This document shows positions 28,328 through 41,024 of a stretch of DNA of 64,000 nt, piece after piece. Made by a program: the position numbers and the translations under genes. Source of the stretch: Octopus sinensis (taxonomy: Eukaryota). How positions within the stretch are numbered: position 1 is the first letter of the stretch; every line of letters begins with the position of its first letter. Below the pieces are notes generated by a model. It ran no database searches. It saw nothing but the letters and a program-made list of their open reading frames with translations, and was not told where the DNA came from. The stretch lies in the NCBI RefSeq assembly GCF_006345805.1, contig NC_043002.1, positions 37,758,001-37,822,000 of the forward strand, written 5' to 3'.

Positions 28328-28397
28328 TCAGGTGTCACTACATGCCTGCAAGATGATTAATGAGATCGATGATGCAATGAAATTATTCTTAATCAAG
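28328..28397 (-). pseudogene. Paralog of the candidate terminal exon (LIKNNFIASSISLIILQACSDT*)
   Basis: Homologous to 42855-42924; same TGA; AATAAA at 28307-28312; acceptor degraded and 2 nt out of register. Confidence 0.4.
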
Positions 28398-28599
28398 AAC
28401 TCGGTTGAAAACCACTTTTCTTTTTAAATCAATAACAAGCACCAAATCAATTGAGATCTAATCAGATCTTATGCATACATATAACTGCAGCAGTTTGATG
28501 TACATTCCGTAAATGTTTATAACAATATTTTACACTACTTAATCAATTAGTGTAATACAAATATTGTTACAAGAAACTTTCCAAAGAATTTTAGAATGT

Positions 28600-28770
28600 G
28601 ACAAGGCCGGCACATTTTGAAATAGAGATACTACTCATTTTTGCAAACTGAATGAACAGGAGTAATGTAAAATAAAGTGTCTTGCTCAAGGACACAACGT
28701 GTCGCTGAGAATTGAACTCACCACCTTACCATCATGAGCCGAATGCCCTAACCACTAAACCACACGCTTT
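28600..28770 (-). mobile_element. tRNA-derived SINE fragment
   Basis: Head gtgtggtttagtggttagggcattcgg...gagttcaattc with core gtccttgagcaagacact. Confidence 0.75.
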
Positions 28771-29464
28771 CATATACACACACGCATGCACACACATACA
28801 CGCGCATACACACATATAAGTGTGTGTATATCCGTCTATCTATATGTGAATATGATTGTGTGTTTGTTCCCTGCACTGCTTAATAACCGGTGTTTCCTTG
28901 TTTACACACCAGTAACTTAACTGTTTAACAAAAGTAAACTATAGAATATGTACCAGATTTGAAAGCGAAATAAAAACCGAAGTTCGTTTGAGGCGGTGCC
29001 TAAGCATGGCCGAAATCTAATAACTGAAGCAAGCAAAAGATAGAATAACTTTAAAAGACTGTATTTACTGCGAGTGTGGCTAATCTAATGAATGACTTCC
29101 CCATTGAATATTTGTGCAGCAATGTTCGCCAGTTTATGAACATTTTGACTGCTCTACGAAGGGATTGAAACAAACAAGCAGGGTCCCTTTCTTCGGATAG
29201 AATTTCTAAGCCAGTTGTGATCATCATTTTGAATAGATTCTGTATAATCTACATATAATTTCTAGTCTATATATGATTTCTGGAAATTGTTCAAAAATTC
29301 TCCATTCACAAATCTCAAAATAAAAGAAATTTTGGTGCAGTCAACATCGTAAACATTTTGATTGCGTTGGATCGCGATACTGCCACTGTTGCTGCTGCTA
29401 GAACTGGTGGCGATAATGATGATGATGATGATGATGAATGATGATGATGATGATGATGATGATC

Positions 29465-29503
<39 letters not shown>

Positions 29504-29906
29504 GTGTTGGTGATAATGATAATGAGGATGAAGCTGGGGATGATGAACTCTGATTGATGTTGATGGTAATGACGTTGAGGAAGAGAAAGCGGAGCGGAGG
29601 ACAGGGAAGAGGAAGCTGATTCTTGTTGTAAAAAATGATAACGGATATTATGATGACGTCGATAATGAGGATGATGATGCTCGTTGTAGTGATGGCTACA
29701 ATGATGTTAATGAATATGATGATGATGAAGTTTACGAAGATAATACTGACGACGAAGACGACGGCTACATCAATGATGATATTGGTCATGATACTGACAC
29801 CGAAGGAACGTACTTTTCATCTGAAAAGTCTGTCTTTTATTTCGTTAATCGAGAAACTACAGTGTTGTTGTTTCATTGTTCTATAATCCATCCAGTTCTA
29901 TCTTAC

Positions 29907-29999
29907 AAAACACTAATTCATTGCACTTCAAGTCGACATATTTCATCTCTTTGTTGACTTCTAATTGGTTGACAATGGCCGAATTTGAGATGTCTTCGG
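29907..29999 (-). CDS. Candidate 93-nt phase-1/1 exon, copy 1 (EDISNSAIVNQLEVNKEMKYVDLKCNELVF)
   Basis: Pyrimidine-rich acceptor ...ttttctcctttcgtaacaaaaAG, donor T|GTAAGA, only one open frame. Confidence 0.5.
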
Positions 30000-30189
30000 C
30001 TTTTTGTTACGAAAGGAGAAAAACAGAAAATCATTATTGGGAAGCTATTCTTTGAGCTTAATTATATTATTCCTTTATAGTTTTTAAATACGAAAAGACT
30101 TCATCGACCTAATTATATATTCACATCTATACACACACACACACATGTATATATATATGTATATATGTGTGTGTGTACCTTCAGGTATA

Positions 30190-30225
<36 letters not shown>

Positions 30226-30227
30226 TG

Positions 30228-30259
<32 letters not shown>

Positions 30260-30539
30260 TGTATGTGTGTGTGTTTTATGCGCGTGTGTGTATTATTTTT
30301 TTTTTCTTTTATTAGTTTCAGTCATTTGACTGCAGAAATGCTGGAGCACCGTATTTAGTCGAGCAAATCGACCCCAGGACTTATTGTTTGCAAGCCTAGT
30401 ACTTCCTTTTTGTCAAACCGCTAAGTTACGGGGACGTAAACACACCAATATCGGTTGTCGAGCGATAGTGGTGAAAGACGCACAAGCATAAACACACATA
30501 TACATGTATATATATGTATATTTCAGAAAAATAAGAAAA

Positions 30540-31500
30540 TATAGAAACAATTAATAAATTATTTATTAATTAAAAATTGACAACAACGCTTACAGCTGTT
30601 TCATTTCTAGACCGTCATAAAATTGATAAATAAAATGAAAAGTTTTTGGAAGTCGAATTTTGTCAGAGGTAGTTTAAGATATGCAAAATAGGTTTTCATA
30701 CCTTACAGTTGAATATTAATTGTAATGTTCAACATTCTTTGTATAGGTAACTAACCAGAACTTTTATTAGATTTTATTATAATTTAATGAGGTCTGTAGT
30801 CTTTATTTGAACTTCTAAATATAAATAAATATAAACAACAAATTAAATAGAGAGATACAATTGACAATCCAATAATTTATTTATATTATAAAATAATATA
30901 CTAGGAATATAATCTAATACAATATAATATAACATAAACAATTAAAAAAAAACAAAAAAACACCAACAATGTGTTTTGACATATAAATTGTTTGATATTT
31001 AAACAATGATTCCCTTATATAAACCTCATCAGAGCCAATATTTGAAGATAGATGAAATTCTATCTGAAAAGACGGCTGGATTGTAAAAAAGTTCAATTCA
31101 AATGCCTGTGTATTATAAGCGTGAGCGTTGGCTATTCAACTACATATCAATTATAATTAGAAACAACTACAAAATTATAACGTATAAAATAATCAAGTAG
31201 AATCTACAACTATTGAAATCTATTTATATGTATTTATATATATATCAAATAATATCAAACCAAAGTCGTTTATGTCGAAGACAATCTTTCGTTATTATAA
31301 CATACAACAATAATATATACGTATATAATTAAGTATCAGGGTTTTAATTTAGAAAAAATATCTTTACATAGGGTCAACGGAGAATTTTATTGAGAAAACG
31401 GATTGCAAACCATGAGTACACCTTTAGGAATTGAGATACGTTTAACAGTACTAGTCTGAGTAAACTTAATTTAGAAATTGAAGATAGTAAGAAATTATAC
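30540..31500 (-). pseudogene. AT-decayed Penelope-like C-terminal relic
   Basis: Weak GIY-YIG-region-like peptides and a degenerate hammerhead-like motif (GAAACAGCTGTA) near 30590-30620. Confidence 0.3.
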
Positions 31501-31528
31501 AACATAAATTGGAAAATACTTAATCATA

Positions 31529-31955
31529 CAGGCGCAGGAGTGGCTGTGTGGTAAGTAGCTTGCTAACCAACCACATGGTTCTGGGTTCAGTCCCACTGCG
31601 TGGCATCTTGGGCAAGTGTCTTCTGCTATAGCCCCGGGCCGACCAATGCCTTGTGAGTGGATTTGGTAGACGGAAACTGAAAGAAGCCTGTCGTATATAT
31701 GTACATATATATGTATGTGTGTGTGTTTGTGTGTCTGTGTTTGTCCCCCTAGCATTGCTTGACAACCGATGCTGGAGTGTTTACGTCCCCGTCACTTAGC
31801 GGTTTGGCAAAAAGAGACCGATAGAATAAGTACTGGGCTTACAAAAAAAAAAAGAATAAGTCCCGGGGTCGATTTGCTCGACTAAAGGCGGTGCTCCAGC
31901 ATGGCCGTAGTCAAATGACTGAAACAAGTAAAAGAGTAAAAGAGTAAAGAGAGAG
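31529..31955 (+). mobile_element. Full-length SINE family B
   Basis: tRNA-like head ggcgcaggagtggctgtgtggtaag...gggttcagtccc, MIR-core-like ttgggcaagtgtctt, internal microsatellite, (GTAAAAGA)n-like tail. Confidence 0.9.
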
Positions 31956-32619
31956 TATACAAAATTAATGATGCTAGATGCAACTTATGAATAGATGGGT
32001 TATATCAGATATTAACATCTAAGAAGAAATTGCTTAATGAAAGAGAATGTTCTATCTTGTACATACTATTCTGAATATTCTAAATATGTATTTAGAAAAT
32101 TCTTACTAACTAAATTTGAATTACTAACTAAATTTGATAGCCACAATATTTATTATCATAATATTGTATAGTTTATAACGTATATTCTTATTACAACAAT
32201 ATTATTTTGCTACTTATGAAAGAATTAATAAAATTTGGATATTATATATAGTCATTTAATTAAAAAATAATAATATTAATTATATTTATCGAGGACCAAT
32301 CCTTGTTTTTGTTTGTATTAATTTTCATTTACTGATTACTCCCTTCCATAATATACCAATAATCATCCTTATTTAAGTAACTTCAAATCTGGTTACTTCT
32401 AAAAAAAAACTAGTAATATTTTGATATCCATTATTATAGCCTAACTATATCTCTGGGGTATTTTAGTTTATAGTGTTTCTAGCTCTAAATGTATCTTCAA
32501 TAATACGGATTTCTCCCTACGATAAATTAGGAAAACAAAGAAATTTGTTGCTAGGCTTCTATTTGTATTTATTACGGAATTCTATAGATGCATTACGAAT
32601 CTATAGCAATTGAAAGGGC

Positions 32620-33060
32620 GTGACCCTACTGAAATAAACTTTAACAACTGTGTGACGTGAGGGCTAAGGAGAAATGAAAGTTGGAGTTTGCAAATGACCA
32701 CTATACCGATATGTAACTGGACAGAATAAATTTACAAAATGTCTTTGAATAACCAGTCACTCATCTGGGAAGGCCTTGAAATCAATGTTACCATATGGGG
32801 ACTATGTGTGACCGTGTGATTACAAAAAGACTGAAAGGAGGTCTGCAATCAAATAACTTTACTCAACACTTTGCAACTGAATCAGTGGAGGCAAAGATGC
32901 CTTTCATTTACTTGACAATTTATGCACCACATTGCAGAAATCACAAAGTAAGTGTACGTCAAAGCGAACTGTTACACTGTTGTACCATTAAATTACAAAT
33001 AATGCTCCTCTTTTATGCTCGGGTGACCCTACAGCTTCCATGAGTACAACTGTATTCGTC
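32620..33060 (+). mobile_element. Decayed hAT transposase fragment
   Basis: QMTT...RYV, then MCD...GGLQ...HCRNH (CxxH) in the order seen in hAT transposases; frameshifted. Confidence 0.5.
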
Positions 33061-33330
33061 TTTGCTTTGATAAAATGACAAAATTGTGGGTAAGTCCCCA
33101 TGGAGGGGTCTTTATAACTTGTAAGAAGATGAAATTTTATACATATTACTTCATATATATGGTTAAAAATTCCTCAACAGCAAAATCATATGAATTGTCA
33201 TGGGGGTTATGGCCCTTATGCATAGAATATAATTTCCAATTTTCATAAAGATCCATTCAGTACTTTTGACCTAGTTTTGGATCATAAAAGAAATGACTAA
33301 AATTTGGGAGTTAAGGCTCCATTAGGGTGT

Positions 33331-33392
<62 letters not shown>

Positions 33393-33438
33393 CACACACA
33401 CACACACACCACACACACACACACACACATATATATTA

Positions 33439-33471
<33 letters not shown>

Positions 33472-33745
33472 TACAAAGATAATTGATAGATACAACTGAT
33501 TGGGCAAACAAAATATGAGACACAGCCTAGTGCCTTTTTTATGGTGATAAGCCTGCTACTTATTCTATTAGTTTGTTCTTGTGAAACCAGTAAGTTAAGT
33601 GGATGTAAATAAATGAACAGCAGTTGTGAAGCAGTGATGAGGGTGAAACACAGAGACAAAGACACACACATACACTTACATATATACATACATATATATA
33701 TATACGATTGATTTGTTTCAGTTCCTGTCTACGAAATCCATATAT

Positions 33746-36453
33746 CTTGTTGTTGGCATCCTTTTTGTCTCGGGAGACAATGGAGTTGTGCATAAGATAA
33801 TCTAGTCTGGCTTTTACATTTCATGTCCTAATACATCTCCTGCTGTGGCTATGTAGTCCTATCCTGGACAAACACTCCCTCTGGCAGGTGCCGCAAATGT
33901 AACGAATACTTTGTCTGGCTGGTTGTAATGTCATACTTTCTTGTTGACGTCTTTTCTTGTCTTTCCATTTCTCCTCTCTCTCTCTATGTCACTCTTTGTG
34001 TTCCCTCTTTTACGGTACCTCGCCAATCACCACGGTTGCTGTCAACTGCTTCCCAGTTGGTTATATTGATGTTGCAGGCATCCTTGTATCGTAAGAACGG
34101 TCTTCTCACAGACCTAGTGCCCCCAGCAAGCTCTCCGTAGAGTATGTCCTTGGGGATTCCACCATCTTCCATACGGCTAACACGTCCAAGCCATCTCATA
34201 CGTCTTTGTGTGAGGAGTGCAAACATGCTTGGTAATCCTGCTGGCTTGAGGACATCTTTGTTGGGGACATGATTCTGCCATTTGATGCGAAGTATTTTCC
34301 GGAGGCAGCGCAGGTGAAAGATATTTAGGCGACGCTCTTGGCGTGTGTATGGCGTCCAAGTCTCACTTCCATACAGTAGAGTGCTAAGTACACATGCCTG
34401 GTAAATCTTCATTTTTGTGGTCTTGGTCAGGTTATTGTTGTCCCATGCCCGTTTGGATAATTGAGCCATCACAGCAGCTGCCTTCCAATGCGTATATTGA
34501 GCTCAACACCAATGGATAGGTTGTAGGTGACGGTAGAGCTAAGATAGGTAAACTTCTTCACCTCCTGTAGTCTGAGGTCTCCAATATGTATGTTTGGGAT
34601 GTCCGATGTAGCCCGACCCATGATGTTGGTCTTCTTGAGGCTGATAACTAAGCCAAAGTCGCAACATGCTTGCTCAAAACAGTTGATGAGCCTTTGTAGG
34701 TCTTCTTCTGTGTGTCATATCAGAGCGGCATCATTAGCAAATAGCACCTCCTTGATCAGGACGCTTCTGATTTTGGTCTTGACACGCAGGCGTGAGAGAT
34801 TGAACAGTTTCCCGTCACTGCTACTGTGCAGAAACACTCCATTATCTGATGTCTGAAAGGCATGTGACAGCAGCAGCGAGAAGAAGATGCCAAATAATGT
34901 AGAAGCGAGGGCACAACCTTGCTTTACCCCGCTTTTTATTTGGAAGGCGACTGATGGTAAACCATTGTGCTTTATGGTGCTTTGATTATCATCATGGAAA
35001 GATTTGATGATCCTCAGCAGCTTTGGTAGACATCCGATTTTTTGGAGCAGGATGAGGAGGCCTTTTCTACTCACGAAATCAAAGGCCTTTGTCAGATCAA
35101 TGAAGGCCATATATAATGGCATTTTCTGCTCTCTGGACTTCTCCTGAAGTTGGCGTATGGAGAATATCATGTCAATAGTTGATCTGCTTCTTCTAAAGCC
35201 ACACTACGATTCTGGATAAATTCGAGAAGCAAGCAGTTGTAGCCTGGACAGGATAACGCGAGCAAAGGCTTTTCCAACAGTGCGTAGAAGAGATATTCCA
35301 CGGTAATTGTTACAATCACCACGTTCACCTTTGTTTTTGTAAAGCGTAATGGTGCTAGCATCCCGCATATCCTGAGGGACTGTACCCTCTCCCCGGCACT
35401 GACACAGAAGCTCATGAAGGTGCCGAAGCAGGATAGTGTTTTTGCCGGTTTTGATGATATCTAACGGGATGACGTCTTTTCTCGGAGCCTTGTTACTTGC
35501 TAGTGAGTCAATAGCTTTGGTGAGCTCTGCTATAGTTGACAACTGTCAAGTTCACACATGATTGGCAAGATCTTGACACCCTCGATTGCAGCCTCAGCTA
35601 CCGTGGTCTCCCGTGAGTAGAGATCCTTGTAGTACTCCACCCATGTATCCATTTGCTTGCTTTGGTCCTTGATGAGATCTCCAGTAGTTGATTTCAGAGG
35701 GGTTGACTTGGTTGCAGATGGACCGAGGGCCTTCTTCAAATCTGCACACATCCCAAGGGTGTCGCCACTGTCAGCAGCTGACTGGATACTCTGACAGATT
35801 TCCTGCCAATACCTATTTGCACAGCGTCTGGCAGTCAGTTGGGTTTTTTTTCTTGCCTTTCTGAGTTCTTCGAGTGACTTTGGAGAAGAATCACTCTTGT
35901 ATTGCATCAGAACTGCACGCTTTGTTTCGATAATTGTTTCCAGCTCTGAGAGCCCAGCACTGAACCAATCTGGGTTTTGCCTTTCTCTCATGCCGACAGT
36001 ATCTATTGATGTGGTATACAAAGTTTTCCTGATATAATTCCACCTACTTTCAGCAGAGGAGGTTGGGCAACTACTGAGGGCAACCTTGATAGAAACAGCA
36101 AAACATTTTCGCAGTGTAGGGTCCGAGGTTCTGGCAGTGTTAATGCGTGGTCGGCCCATTTTCTTAGAGTGATGGACTTTCTTAGGCAGAATGCTCGCCC
36201 TGCTTCTTATTAGTGAATGATGTATGTCACAATCTGCACTGTGGTAACTACGGGTCAGTTGATCAGAATTCAAAAAGGACCTTCGTGTAATGATGAGATC
36301 CAGCTGATGCCAGTGGTGAGATCTTGGATGTCTCCAAGATGCCTTGTGGGATGTCTTGTTGGCAAAGAATGTGTTGGTGACGCACGGGTTATGATATGTG
36401 CAAAATTCATGTAGTCTCTGACCATTGTTATACATGTTGCCTATATCAAAATA
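33746..36453 (-). mobile_element. 5'-truncated RTE-clade LINE (EN C-terminal part, RT, C-terminus), frameshifted
   Basis: SWRHPRSHHWHQLDLI, NYRGISLL, FIDLTKAFD, GVKQGC, LFAND and YGSETW motifs; 3' end ...ggatgccaacaacaag; flanking duplication 33669-33745 / 36454-36514. Confidence 0.95.
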
Positions 36454-36506
36454 CATACACTTACATATATATACGATTGATTTGTTTCAGTTCCTGTCTA
36501 CGAAAT

Positions 36507-36574
<68 letters not shown>

Positions 36575-36580
<6 letters not shown>

Positions 36581-36806
36581 TCTTTACTACCCACAAGGGG
36601 CTAAACACAGAGGGGACAAACAAGGACAGACAAACGGATTAAGTCGATTACATCGACCCCAGTGGGTAACTGGTACTTATTTAATCGACCCCGAAAGGAT
36701 GAAAGGCAAAGTCGACCTCGGCGGAATTTGAACTCAGGACGTAACGGCAGACGAAATACGGCTACGCATTTCGCCCGACGTGCTAACGTTTCTGCCAGCT
36801 CGCCGC

Positions 36807-36810
<4 letters not shown>
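36575..36810 (-). mobile_element. SINE family A inserted in (TA)n
   Basis: Near-identical to the reverse complement of 55045-55278. Confidence 0.9.
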
Positions 36811-36895
<85 letters not shown>

Positions 36896-36896
36896 C

Positions 36897-36948
<52 letters not shown>

Positions 36949-37019
36949 ACACACACACACACACAAAGATAAATTGCTAGATACAACTGAGTGGGCAAAC
37001 AAAAAATATGAGACACTAC

Positions 37020-37345
37020 GTAGTGCTTTTTTATATTTTGATAAGCCTGGTACTTATTCTATCAGTTTCTTCTTGTGAAAACAGTAAGTTATGGGGATGT
37101 AAATAAACAAACACCAGTTGTGAAGCAGTGATGAGGGTGAAACACAAAGACACACACATAGACTTACATACATACATACATACATACATATACATACAAT
37201 TGATTTCTTTCAGTTTCTGTCTACAAAATCCACTGGCAAGACTTTGGCTGGTCTGAGGTTTTAGCAGAAGACACATGGCAAGTTACCATACAGTGGGACT
37301 GAACTGAGGACCATGTGTTTTGGAACTTAGTTTGTTACCACACAG
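37020..37345 (-). mobile_element. SINE family B, part of a local duplicate of 33470-33745
   Basis: Shares SINE body and non-SINE flank with 33470-33745. Confidence 0.75.
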
Positions 37346-37561
37346 CCAAACCTGCACCTATGCATGTGCATGTGTGGGGAGTTGGGGCTGGAGGTGTGTG
37401 TATGGGTGTATATATGTATGCATGTATATATGTGTATATATTACATGTACATATATATATATATACATCGAGACATACATGTATACATATACATGTATAC
37501 ATATACATCTATATATATATATAGATATATATACACATATACATATACATCCATATACATA

Positions 37562-37803
37562 CAATAGAGAGATGTTTTTATTTCACTTTTAACACGTAAT
37601 ACTGAAATAGTGGACAAGATATGATATTGCCCTAGGCAAAAAGTTAAACATTTTTTTGCCCATGACACTACATGGACTCTAAGTAAGGCATGTGTTATAT
37701 TTGAATGAAATTGGTTGTGTAGTTCTCAAGTTTTAGGGATTCACACAGACAGATATCTAGACAGGCAGACACACACACACATTCTCAGTTTTATATATAT
37801 AGA
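37562..37803 (-). mobile_element. Helitron/DINE-1-like element, one subrepeat
   Basis: Reverse complement aligns with 25331-25727. Confidence 0.7.
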
Positions 37804-37814
37804 TATACTAGGAA

Positions 37815-39701
37815 GGGATTAGCATTAGCTAAGGATTTGGAGAAAGCAATGGAATCTGGCTCTGCCGCTCAGGTGATGGCCAAGAGACTGGTGTTAAACC
37901 AGCATCTTGAAGCCCAACATATGGGTTGCATTGTTGGAGCCAGCATTAGTACATTGGGTTTTGAAGGAATCAAGGCAGCAGGGTGGGCCGAGTGGTGGGA
38001 CCCCAACGTGGAAACGATGTCACAATTCGATCTTTGATGAACCAAAGAGGTAAATTGATAAACGAGCTCAAGGAGATGCGTGAGGTCTTTCAGGAGCACT
38101 TCGCCCAGATTTTCGGGGTGGGGAAGCGAATCGGACAGTAAGAGGGACCTAACAGATTTCCTCGCCGGGCTGTCGCGCCTCTCGGAGCTTGAAGTGGAAT
38201 GTTGTGAAGGGCCGATCGCGCCTGAGGAGGTAATTGAGGCTATGACGCACCGCGACGCGGGTTAAGGCACCGCAACTGGATGGTCTACCCTATGAACTGT
38301 ATAAAAGTATGCCAGACTTGTTCGGGCACCTGCTGGCGAATGTCTACGCGAACTGGCAGCAGGATGGGTTCATTCTCAGATCTGTGCGCCGGGGAGTAGT
38401 GAGGCTTGTCAGAAAGGACCCGAACAAGGGGGGACTGCATTGATAATTTTCGGTCCATCACTCTGCTAAACACAGAGTTGAAGATTTTGGCCAAAGTGTT
38501 CTCAAAAAGATGGCTTGATCGGGAAGGCACAGGCATATGCCGTTTCCCGGTAGAACCATTCAGGATAATCTCCATCTTCTACAGTACACTGTAGAAGGGT
38601 TTCATAATGATTCTTGCAAGGGAGGGCCAGTGGTCGATTTAGACCAATCAAAGGCTTTTGATAGGGTAGACCATCATTACCTGGTCTCCGTTCTGGCACA
38701 GTTCGGCCTGGGTATTAGCTTCCTCAGCCATTGATGCGAAAATTGAGCCAGGGAGGGCGGAGCTGGCCAATGTGTTCATTGCATCGGTCATCACCTACCG
38801 CCTAACCGTTGTTCCCTGCCCTGATTCATAGTTGAGCAAGCTGGAAAGACAGCTCTTCCGCTTCTTGTGGAAGGGTTCGAATACGCTTGTGAGACGTTCT
38901 ATTTGCTGCCAACAACCGTTAAATGGTGGGTTAGGGATGCCTTGGCTGATGATGCGCAGACACGCGCTGAGGTTGAGGCATCTGGATGATGATCGGGTGT
39001 GGTCTCCGCTGGCGAAACAGTTGTTTTCCAAGTTCACTTGCTTCGGTGGACTGGAGATCTGGTTCTATCGTAGATCGAAGTTGGGTACATGGTGTACTGA
39101 GTGTCGTAAGGCTCCCCGGATATTCCATCTCTCGGGCAACATCTGCGGTAGTGGTTCTACCACATTCTTCTATAGAGGGTTGATAGAGGCGAAATGTGAC
39201 TTCAGCTTGGGGAAGCTCTAGGTCTCGACAATAATCAGCTGGCCAATCTGTTCCAACGTACATTCGGGCCGAAGACACTGGATAACTTCCAGACGTCTTT
39301 AGGATGGCAATGTTACCGAGGAGCTTACCTGTCCGGGACAAACTCGCAATCATGGTGGCTCTAACCCACCGACCTGTCCAAGATGTGGGCGAGTCAGGGA
39401 AACCGTCCCGCATGCTATTGTTCAGTGTTCGGTGGTTTCAGATGTGTGGGTTTATGCCGAACAACCATTGTCTCGTACAGGAAGAGTGCAGTTATCGACT
39501 GAGTCAATAGTAAAAATTGACCCACCGGACTTCCTATCGAAAGAAGGTAAGAATTGCTTTCTCATCGTAGTAGCAATTGCAAGAAAGGTGATTCGGAAGA
39601 CGCGAATAAAAGGTTTAATAACAGGCATTTTTATCTCTGGCCCTGGATTGGTGAATTTCTTCACCTTCCACCTAAGAAGGAAAATAGGGCTAGAAACGTA
39701 G
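37815..39701 (+). mobile_element. Tx1/L1-like LINE ORF2 relic with internal deletion
   Basis: KAPQLDGLPYELY, NFRSITLLNTELKILAK, DLDQSKAFDRVDH, FLWKG...GGLGMP and CPRC...ETVPHA motifs; stops and frameshifts. Confidence 0.9.
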
Positions 39702-39704
39702 TCC

Positions 39705-40463
39705 AGTCAAGAGAGCAAAAATCGTGTTATTCCAGCAGCAAAAAGTTTCCTTTTCGAACATCAGCAAACTACTAAAGTGCAGTATTAAACGGCTAGCGTG
39801 CAAGCGTGTAAGTTATTTTCGGAGACTGGTCAATATATAGATCGGCAAAGGACTGGCGCCCCAAGAAAAACAATGGCGCAGTTGGACCGTGGAATCCACC
39901 CACTTTCGGAAGGCAACTGAATATTGATAGACGTTGACATTTGTAAACAATTGTCCAACGAGAATGGTGTTATTTTTACACCATAAACCGTCCGCAACCG
40001 TTTAGACGAATCGCTAGGAAAAAGCCAATAATATAAGAAAAAGTCAACTCAAACGTCTTAATTTCGCAAAAAGCAATGCTCAATGGACAGCCGAAGATTG
40101 GTGCAGGGACCTTTGGAGTGACGAGTTACGCTTCTGAATATTTGGATGAGATGGTAAAACATATGTCAGACGTCGCCCAACCGAGGAATTCCATCCGAAA
40201 TGCGTGAAAAAGACGTGGGAGTGATGGTGTGGGCGGCATTTAGTAGCTTTGGTGTTGGCCCTCTAGTTAAAGGTGATGGAAAGCTAAATAGTATAGGTTT
40301 TATGAATCTAATAAAGGATAATGTGCCATATTTGACTCACCAAATGCCTCTGGAGGCTATTTATCAGCAGGACAACAGTCATGTGTACAAATCAAAATAG
40401 GTAATGGAATTATTTGATCACCATAATTTTGACGTAATCGAATGGCCTCCCCAGAGCCCGAAC
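39705..40463 (+). mobile_element. Tc1-family transposase relic
   Basis: RAKIV...ETG...GAPRKT N-terminal region, WSDE, VMVWAAFS, QQDN, WPPQSPNLN; broken frames, no TIRs visible. Confidence 0.9.
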
Positions 40464-41024
40464 CTAAATTCGAGCCGAGCCGAGCCGAGCCGAGTGTGTC
40501 ATCCCTGAGAGCATCTGCCCCCCAGGCCATTCCACATTGGGGTAGTTAAAGTCACCCATGAAGAATACACTGTTGTGTTGTTCAAGGTTGGTGAGGACTT
40601 CTACTTTTGTTAGGCAGTCTTCAAACATGCCTGAGTGATTTGGGGCATATGGTGGGCGATATGTAGTGCATATGACGATATTCAGTTGTCTTATGTGTAC
40701 AATTTGGGTTTCACACACTGAGTATGAATATGACAACAGGACCTGTGGCGTGAGGTCATCTCGGATGTACATTGCAATTCCACCATGGTTCCTCCCTTTT
40801 CTATCTGTGCGCATGACTGCATATTGCGGCATGTGTATTTCTGCATCACCTATATCGGGTTCAAGATGCGTTTCTGTGAGTGCCATGCATATAGCTTGAT
40901 TGCATGTCACAAGGTATCTCTGGAGTGAGATTTTCCTTTTACAGTTTCCGCGCAGCAGCCCTCCTACGTTCTGTAGAAATATTTTTGTGGTGTGTGTGTT
41001 GGTGTTGGTGCTTGTGGTGGCCAT
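40464..41024 (-). CDS. CR1/L2-like LINE ORF2 N-terminus: AP-endonuclease, truncated
   Basis: QNVGGL, LTETHL, RTDR...GGIAMY, YRPP and MGDFNYP APE motifs in one open frame. Confidence 0.9.
   Translation of the reverse strand: MATTSTNTNTHTTKIFLQNVGGLLRGNCKRKISLQRYLVTCNQAICMALTETHLEPDIGDAEIHMPQYAVMRTDRKGRNHGGIAMYIRDDLTPQVLLSYSYSVCETQIVHIRQLNIVICTTYRPPYAPNHSGMFEDCLTKVEVLTNLEQHNSVFFMGDFNYPNVEWPGGQMLSGMTHSARLGSARI

Noticed and set aside
29069-29153. 85-nt minus-strand exon candidate with good splice sites
   Set aside because: Gives an immediate TAG after the 93-nt exon and has no visible counterpart in copy 2.
29907-29999. Assignment of the exon peptide to Cys-loop/chemotactile receptors
   Set aside because: Similarity too weak; no diagnostic residues.
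31529-31600. tRNA genes
   Set aside because: All A/B-box sequences are SINE heads and do not form full cloverleaves.
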